From a bacterium (lineage in GTDB: Bacteria > Patescibacteriota > Minisyncoccia > Ryanbacterales > GWA2-47-10b), in contig JAQBTR010000002.1 of assembly GCA_027624915.1 (NCBI GenBank), positions 30,802-94,801 of the forward strand: DNA of 64,000 nucleotides. The letters are read 5' to 3'. Below the pieces are notes generated by a model that saw nothing but the letters and a program-made list of their open reading frames with translations, was not told the origin of the DNA and made no database searches. How positions within the stretch are numbered: position 1 is the first letter of the stretch; each line of letters starts with the position of its first letter. The position numbers and the translations under genes are program-made. This document shows, in pieces, positions 9,668 to 17,751 of this stretch.

Positions 9668-10405
9668 ATGAATACAACAGAAATTCCTGAAATTAAGGCA
9701 AACCCAGCGACAGAGGGGCTCTATAAGGCAGGAGTCCAGTTTGGATACTCTAAGTCTCGACGTCACCCACGTATGCGTGATTTTGTTGCGGGTGTTAAGA
9801 ATAATATTGAGGTATTTCAGCTTGATAGGGTTAAGGAAAAGATCGATGAGGCTCTAGAGTTTATAGAATCCCTCGGTGAGATGAAGGCACCAATTCTGTG
9901 GGTTGGAACAAAGCCGGCTGCCGCCCTTGCTATAAAAGAGGTAGCAGATGCTCTTGGTCATCCTTATGTAAATATACGATGGCTCGGAGGAACTCTTACA
10001 AACAACAAGAATATTAGAGGCCGTGTTACATACTGGCAGGACCTTATCTCAAAACAAAAATCAGGTGAGCTTGGTAAGTATACAAAAGCAGAGCAAGTAA
10101 GACTTCAGAAAGAGAGTGACCGATTGGCTCGCTCATTTGAAGGCCTCGTTAATCTCCAGGCAATCCCAAAGGCCATGTTTGTTATAGACTCTAAAGAAGA
10201 GGATATAGCAGTGCATGAGGCTGGCAACAAAAAGATTCCAGTAGTTGCTCTTATGAATACAGATTGTGATCCAAAGAAAGTTAAGCACGCAATTCCTGGT
10301 AACGATAATGCATCAAAGAGTATTAGGTACATTCTGGAACTAGCACAAACGGCATATATTAAAGGTACAAAAAACGCTAAAACAACAGATGACGGAAAAA
10401 ATTAG
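9668..10405 (+). CDS. rpsB: ribosomal protein uS2
   Basis: S2 signature region (HPYVNIRWLGGTLTN); TATACT -10-like box upstream of the ATG at 9668. Confidence 0.9.
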   Translation: MNTTEIPEIKANPATEGLYKAGVQFGYSKSRRHPRMRDFVAGVKNNIEVFQLDRVKEKIDEALEFIESLGEMKAPILWVGTKPAAALAIKEVADALGHPYVNIRWLGGTLTNNKNIRGRVTYWQDLISKQKSGELGKYTKAEQVRLQKESDRLARSFEGLVNLQAIPKAMFVIDSKEEDIAVHEAGNKKIPVVALMNTDCDPKKVKHAIPGNDNASKSIRYILELAQTAYIKGTKNAKTTDDGKN

Positions 10406-10847
10406 TACAGAGGCAATCAAGGTATTGCGCGATAAAACATTTGCATCTATTGCCATGGTACGAAAGGCTCTTATTGAGGCAGAGGGGGACGAAACAAAAG
10501 CGCTTGAGGTTTTGAAAAAACTTGGACATGAGGCAGCCGCCAAAAAAGGTGATAGAGACCTTGGAGCTGGGCGTGTTGGAGCGTATGTTCATTCTGGAGA
10601 CAGGGTGGGTGTGCTTGTAGAGGTTCGTTCAGAAACCGACTTTGTATCACGCAATGAGGCATTTGGTGAGCTTACACACAACTTGGCAATGCATATTGCA
10701 GCTATGAATCCACAGTCAGCAGAAGAGCTGTTGAGTCAGTCATTTGTTAAGGATCCTGCCGATACCATTTCAGACCTTGTCAAAAAGGCTTCCGCACAAT
10801 TTGGTGAAAACATCCAAATTGGACAGTTTGTTCGCTTTGAGATCTAG
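10389..10847 (+). CDS. tsf: elongation factor Ts (short form)
   Basis: UBA-like N-terminus and ETDFVSRNEAF motif; only 152 aa. Confidence 0.75.
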   Translation: MTEKISTEAIKVLRDKTFASIAMVRKALIEAEGDETKALEVLKKLGHEAAAKKGDRDLGAGRVGAYVHSGDRVGVLVEVRSETDFVSRNEAFGELTHNLAMHIAAMNPQSAEELLSQSFVKDPADTISDLVKKASAQFGENIQIGQFVRFEI

Positions 10848-10864
10848 ACCTATACTGTAGTCAT

Positions 10865-11287
10865 ATGGTAATTCCATTTACTATTCTTGGAGGGGCCCTC
10901 GTTCTCATGGCGGTTATTCCACTTAGGCATCTTTCTCGTGTACGAGGAACAGAAGAAGAATATTTGGGTAGCGGACACGACAATAGTATTGCGCGAGCAC
11001 CAATCGTTGCATATCTAGATCGTTTGGAACATTGGTATCGTTTTGCATTTAAGGATGTGTGTCTACGTAGTCTTGACCGAACGCTTCGTGCCCTAGAGTA
11101 TATGACAGGGCATATTGCAGGTCAGACGAAGAAAGCCCGTTTAATGCTTCAGGAGCATTTTAAGGTTATCCCGCGCGAGTCTATGTATTGGAAAAATATT
11201 CAAACGTGGAAGAAGAATGGGACAAATAACAACGGTGAGACAAAGAATGCACCGGTTGAGGATCAGGATCTTTCAAGCCACGAATAA
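10865..11287 (+). CDS. hypothetical protein with N-terminal TM helix
   Basis: 140-aa ORF; no family recognised. Confidence 0.4.
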   Translation: MVIPFTILGGALVLMAVIPLRHLSRVRGTEEEYLGSGHDNSIARAPIVAYLDRLEHWYRFAFKDVCLRSLDRTLRALEYMTGHIAGQTKKARLMLQEHFKVIPRESMYWKNIQTWKKNGTNNNGETKNAPVEDQDLSSHE

Positions 11288-11314
11288 GTACATAAACAAT
11301 AAGCTACTTTTAAT

Positions 11315-11359
11315 GCGATCTAAGCCAGCCCTCGATTAGACAAACCGCTCAATCAGAAG
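11315..11359. repeat. bipartite intergenic repeat copy A (cgatctaagccagc-N16-cgctcaatcagaag)
   Basis: same two 14-nt boxes with identical 16-nt spacing recur at 25701-25744. Confidence 0.6.
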
Positions 11360-11390
11360 CATAAAAGTATCTTATTGTTTATAATGATAG

Positions 11391-11465
11391 GCCAGTATAG
11401 CTCAGTGGTAGAGCAATGCTTTTGTAAAGCATAGGTCGTGGGTTCGAATCCCTCTGCTGGCTCCA
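11391..11465 (+). tRNA. tRNA-Thr (anticodon TGT), CCA encoded
   Basis: cloverleaf folded by hand: acceptor gccagta/tgctggc, anticodon loop tttgtaa, T-loop ttcgaat. Confidence 0.85.
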
Positions 11466-11466
11466 A

Positions 11467-11565
11467 GTTTGAAAAACAATTTCAAGTGAGAGGGATGAGA
11501 ACAGAGTGCTGTTAGCACTCTGCGGGGTTTGTGATAGGCAAACCGAATCCCTCTGCTGGCTCCAA
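11467..11565 (+). repeat. tRNA-downstream structured element ending in a 22-nt copy of the tRNA-Thr 3' end (cgaatccctctgctggctccaa)
   Basis: hairpin agagtgc-tgtta-gcactct, then a hairpin with loop tgatagg, then an exact duplicate of the tRNA 3' end; homologous to the element at 32838-32918. Confidence 0.55.
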
Positions 11566-11606
11566 ATAATAATACGCGGTTTTGTGTCGCGTATTATTAT
11601 TTTTGT
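11566..11606 (+). terminator. rho-independent terminator
   Basis: aataataatacgcg-gttttgtgt-cgcgtattattatt followed by a T-run. Confidence 0.65.
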
Positions 11607-11621
11607 TATACTGAACATAGC

Positions 11622-12893
11622 ATGAAGAAGAACCCGGTTGTTGTTATTTTGGGTGGCGGATACGCAGGGATTCGCGCAGCCTTAGATGTTCTGCGCAAAA
11701 CACGCGCAGATGTTATTTTGGTTGATGAAAAGACGTATCATGCATTACCGACACAGTTTTATGAGTTGGCAAGTGTATACCAAGAAGAGCCCGCACTTGA
11801 AACTCTCGAGCAAAAGAAAAAAAGGTTTCATAATCTTCTTGAGAGTGTTGCAATCCCATTTAAAACAATTTTTGGTGATAGTAATAGAATTGAATTTGTA
11901 CAAGGATCTGTGCGAGTTGTACGCCCCGATGAAAATGGAGTTTTATTGAGAGACGGTCGCAAGATTGATTTTGATTATCTTGTAGTTGCCATCGGTAGCA
12001 GAACAAATTATTTTGATATTCCACATCTTAAAGAAAATTCAATTGGGCTCAAGTCTCCCGAAGAAGCTTTGAATATTAGAAATAGAATAGATGAACTTTT
12101 TCGTAATAGTCCCAAGCATAAAAAAATTACTGTTGTCATTGGTGGGGGTGGTGTAACCGGTTGTGAATTTGCAGGAGAGGCTGTTTCGTATATGAAGAAG
12201 CTTGCCGAGCTACACCAGCATCCGATTGCCAATTGGTGTTGTTTGCTTATTGAGTCTGGAGATTCAATACTTGGTAATGCATCATTGTGGGTGCAAAAAA
12301 AAGCTCGTGCGCGCTTATCAAAACGTGGGGTTACAGTTCTTACAAAAAGTCCAATCAAAGACGTGTGGCCTGGTCTTTTACACCTTGGGGATGAAAAAAA
12401 GGCAGTTCATTTTGATTTGCTTGTCTGGACTGCTGGTGTAAAGGGTAAGTGTGAGGGCGAAATTTTAGAGCATACTAAGTTATCTGCAAAAAGTTGCATC
12501 CCCGTTGGTAAAAATTTATGTATACCCCCATGTGATAATGTTTTTGTTGTGGGGGATGTGGCAGCAACATTTGATCCCAAAACTGGAAAACCAACCCCCA
12601 TGACAGCGCAAAAGGCAGTGCATGATGGCACGTATGCGGCATATGCGATTGCAAGAAGGATTAAAAACAAAAAAGCAAAGCTGAAACCATATGTACATAA
12701 ACGCTCAGACTACATTTTTCCACTCGGAGGTAAATATGCGCTTCTTCAGACACGATGGTTACATGCAAAAGGATTTAAAATATGGCTTCTCAAATACTTT
12801 GTTTTGTTCAGGTATGTTCGCACCATATTGCCAACACATAAAGCCCTTTTATTTGTCATAAAAGGAGTACGTCTCTTTACAAAAAATGACTAA
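11622..12893 (+). CDS. FAD-dependent pyridine nucleotide-disulfide oxidoreductase, type II NADH dehydrogenase (NDH-2)-like
   Basis: two Rossmann GxGxxG motifs (ILGGGYAGI, VIGGGGVTGCEFAG); C-terminal amphipathic/hydrophobic region. Confidence 0.7.
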   Translation: MKKNPVVVILGGGYAGIRAALDVLRKTRADVILVDEKTYHALPTQFYELASVYQEEPALETLEQKKKRFHNLLESVAIPFKTIFGDSNRIEFVQGSVRVVRPDENGVLLRDGRKIDFDYLVVAIGSRTNYFDIPHLKENSIGLKSPEEALNIRNRIDELFRNSPKHKKITVVIGGGGVTGCEFAGEAVSYMKKLAELHQHPIANWCCLLIESGDSILGNASLWVQKKARARLSKRGVTVLTKSPIKDVWPGLLHLGDEKKAVHFDLLVWTAGVKGKCEGEILEHTKLSAKSCIPVGKNLCIPPCDNVFVVGDVAATFDPKTGKPTPMTAQKAVHDGTYAAYAIARRIKNKKAKLKPYVHKRSDYIFPLGGKYALLQTRWLHAKGFKIWLLKYFVLFRYVRTILPTHKALLFVIKGVRLFTKND

Positions 12894-12911
12894 ATGCCCT
12901 AGTATGGGAGC

Positions 12912-13427
12912 ATGTTAAAAATAGGAGAATTAGCCCCAGAGTTTAAGCTCGAGGGCTATCACAATGGGAAATTTAGGGACTACAACCTTAAACAATATAA
13001 GAAGAAGTGGCTTGTCATCTTTTTCTACCCTCTTGATTTTACATTTGTATGCCCAACTGAAATTAAGCAGTTTTCAAAGAAACATGATGAGTTTAAGAAG
13101 TTAAAAGCAGATGTTGTTGGTGTGTCAGTAGACTCGATTCATTCGCACAAGGCATGGGTTGAGGGGTCTTTGGGAAAGCTCAATTTTCCTTTACTTGCTG
13201 ACTTCCACAAGAAGATGGCAAGAGATTATGAAATATTACTTGATGATGAGGGAGTGGCACTTCGCGGTACGTTTATTATCGACCCATATGGAAAACTTCG
13301 TTACATGGTCGTATCTGACAATGATGTTGGACGCTCAGTAGACGAGACAATTCGAGTTCTCTCGGCACTCCAAACTGGAAAGCTTTGTCCAATTGAGTGG
13401 ACACCAGGTAAAAAGACGCTTAATTAA
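12912..13427 (+). CDS. peroxiredoxin (AhpC/TSA family, 2-Cys type)
   Basis: FFYPLDFTFVCPTE peroxidatic Cys motif and C-terminal resolving Cys (GKLCPIEW). Confidence 0.85.
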   Translation: MLKIGELAPEFKLEGYHNGKFRDYNLKQYKKKWLVIFFYPLDFTFVCPTEIKQFSKKHDEFKKLKADVVGVSVDSIHSHKAWVEGSLGKLNFPLLADFHKKMARDYEILLDDEGVALRGTFIIDPYGKLRYMVVSDNDVGRSVDETIRVLSALQTGKLCPIEWTPGKKTLN

Positions 13428-13430
13428 ACC

Positions 13431-13462
13431 TAAAAAACCGTTTAGCTTAGCGGTTTTTTGAC
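13431..13462 (+). terminator. rho-independent terminator
   Basis: aaaaaccg-tttagcttag-cggtttttt hairpin plus T-run. Confidence 0.6.
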
Positions 13463-13589
13463 GGCGACAAGACCTTGACACATATGCATAATATGTGTTA
13501 GGGTTCTTACAGAAATGGCGAGGCATTTGTTTCTCGTTATAAAGATAAGATTCCGTGACCCTACGGGTCCAGCGGAAAGGAGGACCGTA

Positions 13590-14054
13590 ATGAAGTACCT
13601 TCGAATCCCAGCGGCGATCGGGGTCGCAGTTCTGTTCACTGTTTTGGCTCTGGCTACGTCTGCACGCGCGGATGCGGATCAGGCCACGTTCGTGCCGTTC
13701 GAAGACGGCACGGGTGCTGTCGTGACCTCCGAAGGAGTTTACGGGGTCGACAAGAATCGTTCGGTGGATTCTTTCGCCTCGCTCGAAGACTCGTCACAGA
13801 ACGTGGCGATCCCGCGGTGCATGCGGTCGCGCACGGAGGCCGAGGCTGCGTGTCCCCAGTTTTTCACTTACGTGAAGCAGAACTGGTTCTGCTTCTACTG
13901 CGCGCTCTGCCAGATCCGCGCTGACAACGAAATCCTCTGTCGCGAGGAAGCCAAGCCATACATCCGTGCACGTTTCGGCATCCGTTCGTCTGGCGAAAGG
14001 GCATCATCGTCTGGTGCGATTCGCTCGGGAGGTCGGCGTCTCGGCCGGCGGTAG
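13590..14054 (+). CDS. small secreted Cys-containing protein encoded in a GC-rich (about 60% GC) island
   Basis: AAGGAGG RBS 7 nt upstream; signal peptide MKYLRIPAAIGVAVLFTVLALATSARA; GC-rich codon usage unlike the flanking DNA; own GC-rich terminator downstream. Confidence 0.55.
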   Translation: MKYLRIPAAIGVAVLFTVLALATSARADADQATFVPFEDGTGAVVTSEGVYGVDKNRSVDSFASLEDSSQNVAIPRCMRSRTEAEAACPQFFTYVKQNWFCFYCALCQIRADNEILCREEAKPYIRARFGIRSSGERASSSGAIRSGGRRLGRR

Positions 14055-14090
14055 CCAAAGCTTTGAGGGGGGGGCGAACCCCTCCCAGTC

Positions 14091-14130
14091 CAGCCCTGGA
14101 TGCGTGAGCATCCAGGGCTGTTTTCTTTTT
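14091..14130 (+). terminator. GC-rich rho-independent terminator ending the GC-rich island
   Basis: cagccctggatgc-gtga-gcatccagggctg followed by ttttcttttt. Confidence 0.7.
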
Positions 14131-14153
14131 CTATTGACTCAAAGTTTTAAAAC

Positions 14154-14169
14154 ATAGATAATCATCTAT
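14154..14169. promoter_or_regulatory. palindromic candidate operator (atagat-aatc-atctat) abutting the arsR-family start codon
   Basis: perfect 6-4-6 inverted repeat immediately 5' of the ATG at 14170; TTGACT -35-like box at 14133. Confidence 0.35.
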
Positions 14170-14448
14170 ATGTCAGTGAAAGAAAAGAATTGTGTATCGT
14201 GTTTTAAGATCTTGGCAGAACCAACACGTATTTCACTTATCAAATATTTACAATCTGGTTCATATAATGTCACCGAGATAACAAAATATTTGGGTGTAAC
14301 TCAGCCAACCGTTTCTCATCACTTAAAACTTCTTGATAAATTAGGAATGGTTACCAAAGAACCTCGTGGAAGAAAGGTTGTGTATGGTTATAACCAAGAT
14401 TATCCATGTCGTGGATGTGGAGTATTTACGCTTCCAATAAAAACATGA
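14170..14448 (+). CDS. ArsR/SmtB-family transcriptional regulator
   Basis: winged-HTH with typical ArsR region (ITKYLGVTQPTVSHHLKLLDKLGMV). Confidence 0.8.
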   Translation: MSVKEKNCVSCFKILAEPTRISLIKYLQSGSYNVTEITKYLGVTQPTVSHHLKLLDKLGMVTKEPRGRKVVYGYNQDYPCRGCGVFTLPIKT

Positions 14449-15707
14449 GCAAAGAGACTGAAATAAAAAGACGAGTATATTTAGATCATGCGGCAGCCAC
14501 TCCAATGGACTTGCGAGTAAAGGAAGCTATGGATTCATACATGACTGATGAATATGGAAATGCTGGCGGCTTGTATCGCGAGGGGCGTCGAGCAAAAGAC
14601 GGCATTGATCATGCGCGCAAAAGTCTTGCGCGTATTTTGAGTTGTCGTCCTGATGAAGTTGTTTTTACCTCTGGTGGTACCGAAGGAGATGTTCTGGCGA
14701 TTATCGGTACGGCGCGTGCCAATAAAGATCGTGGAAGTCATATAGTAACAACAACAATTGAACACCAAGCCGTCCTTGAATCATGTGAAGCTCTAGAAAA
14801 AGAAGGTTTTGAGGTGACCTATGTTGATGTTGAGCCAAATGGAGTTGTTGACCCTAAAAAGATTGAAAGCGCTTTACGTGATGATACTATTTTAGTTTCT
14901 GTTATGTATGCAAATAATGAAATAGGTACGATTCAACCCATTCGTAATATTGCAAAGATTTTGAAAGACAGAAAAATTATTTTTCATACTGATGCTTGTC
15001 AGGCATCCGAATACTTAGATTTAGACGTACAAAAACTTGGCGTAGATCTTCTTGTTTTGAACGGTTCCAAGGTGTATGGCCCAAAGGGTGTCGGTGCAGT
15101 ATTTGTTCGTAATGGGACTCGCGTGAGACCCATTCTTTTTGGTGGAGCACAAGAAGGTAAGCGGCGAGCGGGAACCGAGAATGTTCCGGGTATCGTGGGT
15201 CTTGGGCGCGCTTTAGAAATTGCCGATGAGATGAAAGTTAGAGAGGGTGCACGCCTCAGTGAACTTCGCGATTATCTGATAAGTAGAATAACGAAAGAGA
15301 TAAAGCGAACCATTTTGAATGGAGACGCAAAAGAGAGGCTTCCTAATAATGTTAATATTTCTATTCTTGATATAGAGGGGGAGGCTACTCTTTTATATCT
15401 TGATAATTACGGGATTGCTTGTTCTACGGGCTCTGCATGCACCTCGGAGAGTCTTGACCCGTCTCACGTGATTTTGGCGCTTGGTAAGCCATATGAGCAT
15501 GCACACGCATCTATTCGATTTACACTTGGGAGAGGTACTAAGAAAGAAGATTTGGATTATTTGATGGAATATCTACCGGGAGTTGTTACAACATTAAGAA
15601 AAATTTCACCAATAACAGTAGAAGAAGATGCAAAGGGTATGTCGCATCCTGAAGCATTTGCTGGAGAAAATATGAGAGTAAAAGCTAATTCTAAAAACTA
15701 TAAATAA
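14445..15707 (+). CDS. cysteine desulfurase (NifS/IscS family, PLP-dependent)
   Basis: class V aminotransferase motifs (FTSGGTE, HTDACQA, SKVYGPKG); start set at ATG 14445 overlapping the arsR stop (ATGA). Confidence 0.85.
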   Translation: MSKETEIKRRVYLDHAAATPMDLRVKEAMDSYMTDEYGNAGGLYREGRRAKDGIDHARKSLARILSCRPDEVVFTSGGTEGDVLAIIGTARANKDRGSHIVTTTIEHQAVLESCEALEKEGFEVTYVDVEPNGVVDPKKIESALRDDTILVSVMYANNEIGTIQPIRNIAKILKDRKIIFHTDACQASEYLDLDVQKLGVDLLVLNGSKVYGPKGVGAVFVRNGTRVRPILFGGAQEGKRRAGTENVPGIVGLGRALEIADEMKVREGARLSELRDYLISRITKEIKRTILNGDAKERLPNNVNISILDIEGEATLLYLDNYGIACSTGSACTSESLDPSHVILALGKPYEHAHASIRFTLGRGTKKEDLDYLMEYLPGVVTTLRKISPITVEEDAKGMSHPEAFAGENMRVKANSKNYK

Positions 15708-15708
15708 T

Positions 15709-16380
15709 ATGTCAGACAAAAAAGATTTAAAAGGAGCAGACATAGATGTCATCAATCAGTATACGGGTGAAAAATGGTATTACACAGATACTGTCAAAGA
15801 ACATTTTTTTAAACCACGCAATCTTTTACTTGATGCACCCGACGAGTCTAATTTTGATGCAAACGGTATGGTTGGTAGTCCAGCATGTGGAGATATGATG
15901 AATATGTGGATGAAGGTTGATCCTAAGACTGAGAAGATAAAAGATCTCAAGTGGAAAACTTTTGGCTGTGGTTCAGCGATTGCTGCAACCAGTATGTATT
16001 CGGTTATGCTCACAGAGGAAGGTGGTATGACCATAGAGAGCGCATTGAAGGTAAAGCCACAGCATATTATGATGAGATTAGGAGGACTCCCAAACCGAAA
16101 GATTCACTGCTCTGTACTTGCTGACAAGGCATTTCAGAAGACAGTAAATGATTACTTTCGAAAGACTGACCAGCACGACCGTATAATTACAGATGGTGCT
16201 CGTGTAGTAGACGAACGATTGAACATTACAGATAAAGATATAGAGGAGGCGGTGTTGGAGGGTGCGCAGACGCTTGAGGAGGTTCAGAAGAAATTAAAAG
16301 TAGGAGTTGGAATGTCGGAAGAGTCGGTTACCGATATCGAACAATTAATTAGATTTTATGCAGAAAAATATTATGGCTGA
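15709..16380 (+). CDS. NifU/IscU-like Fe-S cluster assembly scaffold with C-terminal extension
   Basis: three conserved scaffold Cys (SPACGDMMNMW, FGCGSAIA, HCSVLA). Confidence 0.8.
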   Translation: MSDKKDLKGADIDVINQYTGEKWYYTDTVKEHFFKPRNLLLDAPDESNFDANGMVGSPACGDMMNMWMKVDPKTEKIKDLKWKTFGCGSAIAATSMYSVMLTEEGGMTIESALKVKPQHIMMRLGGLPNRKIHCSVLADKAFQKTVNDYFRKTDQHDRIITDGARVVDERLNITDKDIEEAVLEGAQTLEEVQKKLKVGVGMSEESVTDIEQLIRFYAEKYYG

Positions 16381-16612
16381 AGAACAACAAGGACATAAAA
16401 TTGCTCGTATATATGTAGATAGAGATAAGTGTATTGGCGCTGCTTCATGTGTTGCTATTGCACCTGGCGTGTTTGAGCTTGATGATGAAAATAAGGCGGT
16501 TGTAAAAGATGAACAAGGAGCAGACGATGAAACTATTTTGCTTGCAGCACAATCATGCCCAACTCAAGCAATCGTATTATTCGACTCCGCAGGAAACCAG
16601 ATATTTCCATGA
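16373..16612 (+). CDS. small ferredoxin
   Basis: CIGAASC...CP cysteine pattern of single-cluster ferredoxins; start overlaps the nifU-like stop. Confidence 0.6.
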   Translation: MAEEQQGHKIARIYVDRDKCIGAASCVAIAPGVFELDDENKAVVKDEQGADDETILLAAQSCPTQAIVLFDSAGNQIFP

Positions 16613-16698
16613 ACGAAAACATTTTAGTTCGTAATATTGGCACAATGGCTCTTATATTAGCGGTATTACCCCTTGTGTTGTTCTAGACGTTTCCTTTC

Positions 16699-16899
16699 TT
16701 GTTGCTGGGTCTAGCAGTTGTAGGATTGGGGATAGACGAGGCGGCTAATATTTTTACTATAACTGGATGGGTTATGTTTATAGTAAGTATCATTTTAGGA
16801 GTTATTGGAATTATTAAAAAAAGAAATAGAGTTGCGGCTATTTTAGCTCTACTCATTATTGCCATTCAGCTTATACCCGCTTTTCTATATTTTACTTAA
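16699..16899 (+). CDS. hypothetical small membrane protein
   Basis: 66-aa two-TM ORF with TTG start; weak. Confidence 0.3.
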   Translation: MLLGLAVVGLGIDEAANIFTITGWVMFIVSIILGVIGIIKKRNRVAAILALLIIAIQLIPAFLYFT

Positions 16900-16910
16900 A
16901 CTAAATATTT

Positions 16911-17501
16911 ATGAAAGAAGTAAAAAAACTTAACTATACAAAATTAGATGGTATTTCAGAGAGGCAACTCTCTGAACACCATGATGTACTCTACAAAGGA
17001 TATGTAGACAAAATTAACTTTATCGATGGAGAGCTGTCAAAAATTGATCGAGAAAAAGCTAATGCAACTTTGAGCCAGCTTCGTTCGTTTAAATTAGGAG
17101 AGACGTTTGCGCTCAATGGGGTGAAGCTTCATGAAGGTTATTTTGACAACATGAAAGAGGGTGGAGAGGAGTGCGATGGTAAAATAAAAGAGCTCATAGA
17201 ACGGGACTTTGGTTCGATGGAGGCATGGGAGGAAGATTTTAAGGCAATTGGTTTGGCAGCTCGAGGGTGGGTCGTCCTAACCTATGATCTAGATGAAAAG
17301 AAACTACGAAATATCCTGTGTGACTCACATAATCAGGGTGGCGTGTGGAACGCATGTTCTTTGCTTGTAATGGATGTATATGAGCACGCATATTTTATAG
17401 ATTTCGCGACAGCACGAAAGAAATACATAGAAACATTTTTCAAGAATTTAAATTGGGCATATGTTAACGAACTCATCTCAAAATATAGAATCGAAGATTA
17501 A
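16911..17501 (+). CDS. Fe/Mn-family superoxide dismutase (divergent)
   Basis: C-terminal metal-ligand motif DVYEHAYF (DxWEHAYY-like) and N-terminal HH...Y region. Confidence 0.6.
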   Translation: MKEVKKLNYTKLDGISERQLSEHHDVLYKGYVDKINFIDGELSKIDREKANATLSQLRSFKLGETFALNGVKLHEGYFDNMKEGGEECDGKIKELIERDFGSMEAWEEDFKAIGLAARGWVVLTYDLDEKKLRNILCDSHNQGGVWNACSLLVMDVYEHAYFIDFATARKKYIETFFKNLNWAYVNELISKYRIED

Positions 17502-17709
17502 AGAACTTATTGAAACTCATGTAAAACCCATGGTGGCCCTACATCGTGGCAGTATTGAGTTTGTCTCTTTTGATGACGGCATTGTAAATGTCCGTTTAGT
17601 GGGCACATGCAAAGGATGTCCGCTTTCTCAGTTAACACTTAAGGCTGGAGTTGAAACAGTTTTGAGAGATAATTTGGAAGGAATCAGGGAAGTCCGTGCG
17701 GTCGAATAA
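17461..17709 (+). CDS. Nfu/NifU C-terminal domain Fe-S biogenesis protein
   Basis: GTCKGCPLS CxxC motif within an NifU C-terminal domain-like sequence; exact start uncertain (overlaps upstream gene). Confidence 0.6.
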   Translation: MLTNSSQNIESKIKELIETHVKPMVALHRGSIEFVSFDDGIVNVRLVGTCKGCPLSQLTLKAGVETVLRDNLEGIREVRAVE

Positions 17710-17751
17710 TCTTTACAAATCAACGGATTTAGGTTATATTAAAGAAAAGTA

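Noticed and set aside
11379-11618. Minus-strand 79-aa ORF
   Set aside because: It lies entirely over tRNA-Thr, the tRNA-end repeat and the terminator, so it is an artefact.
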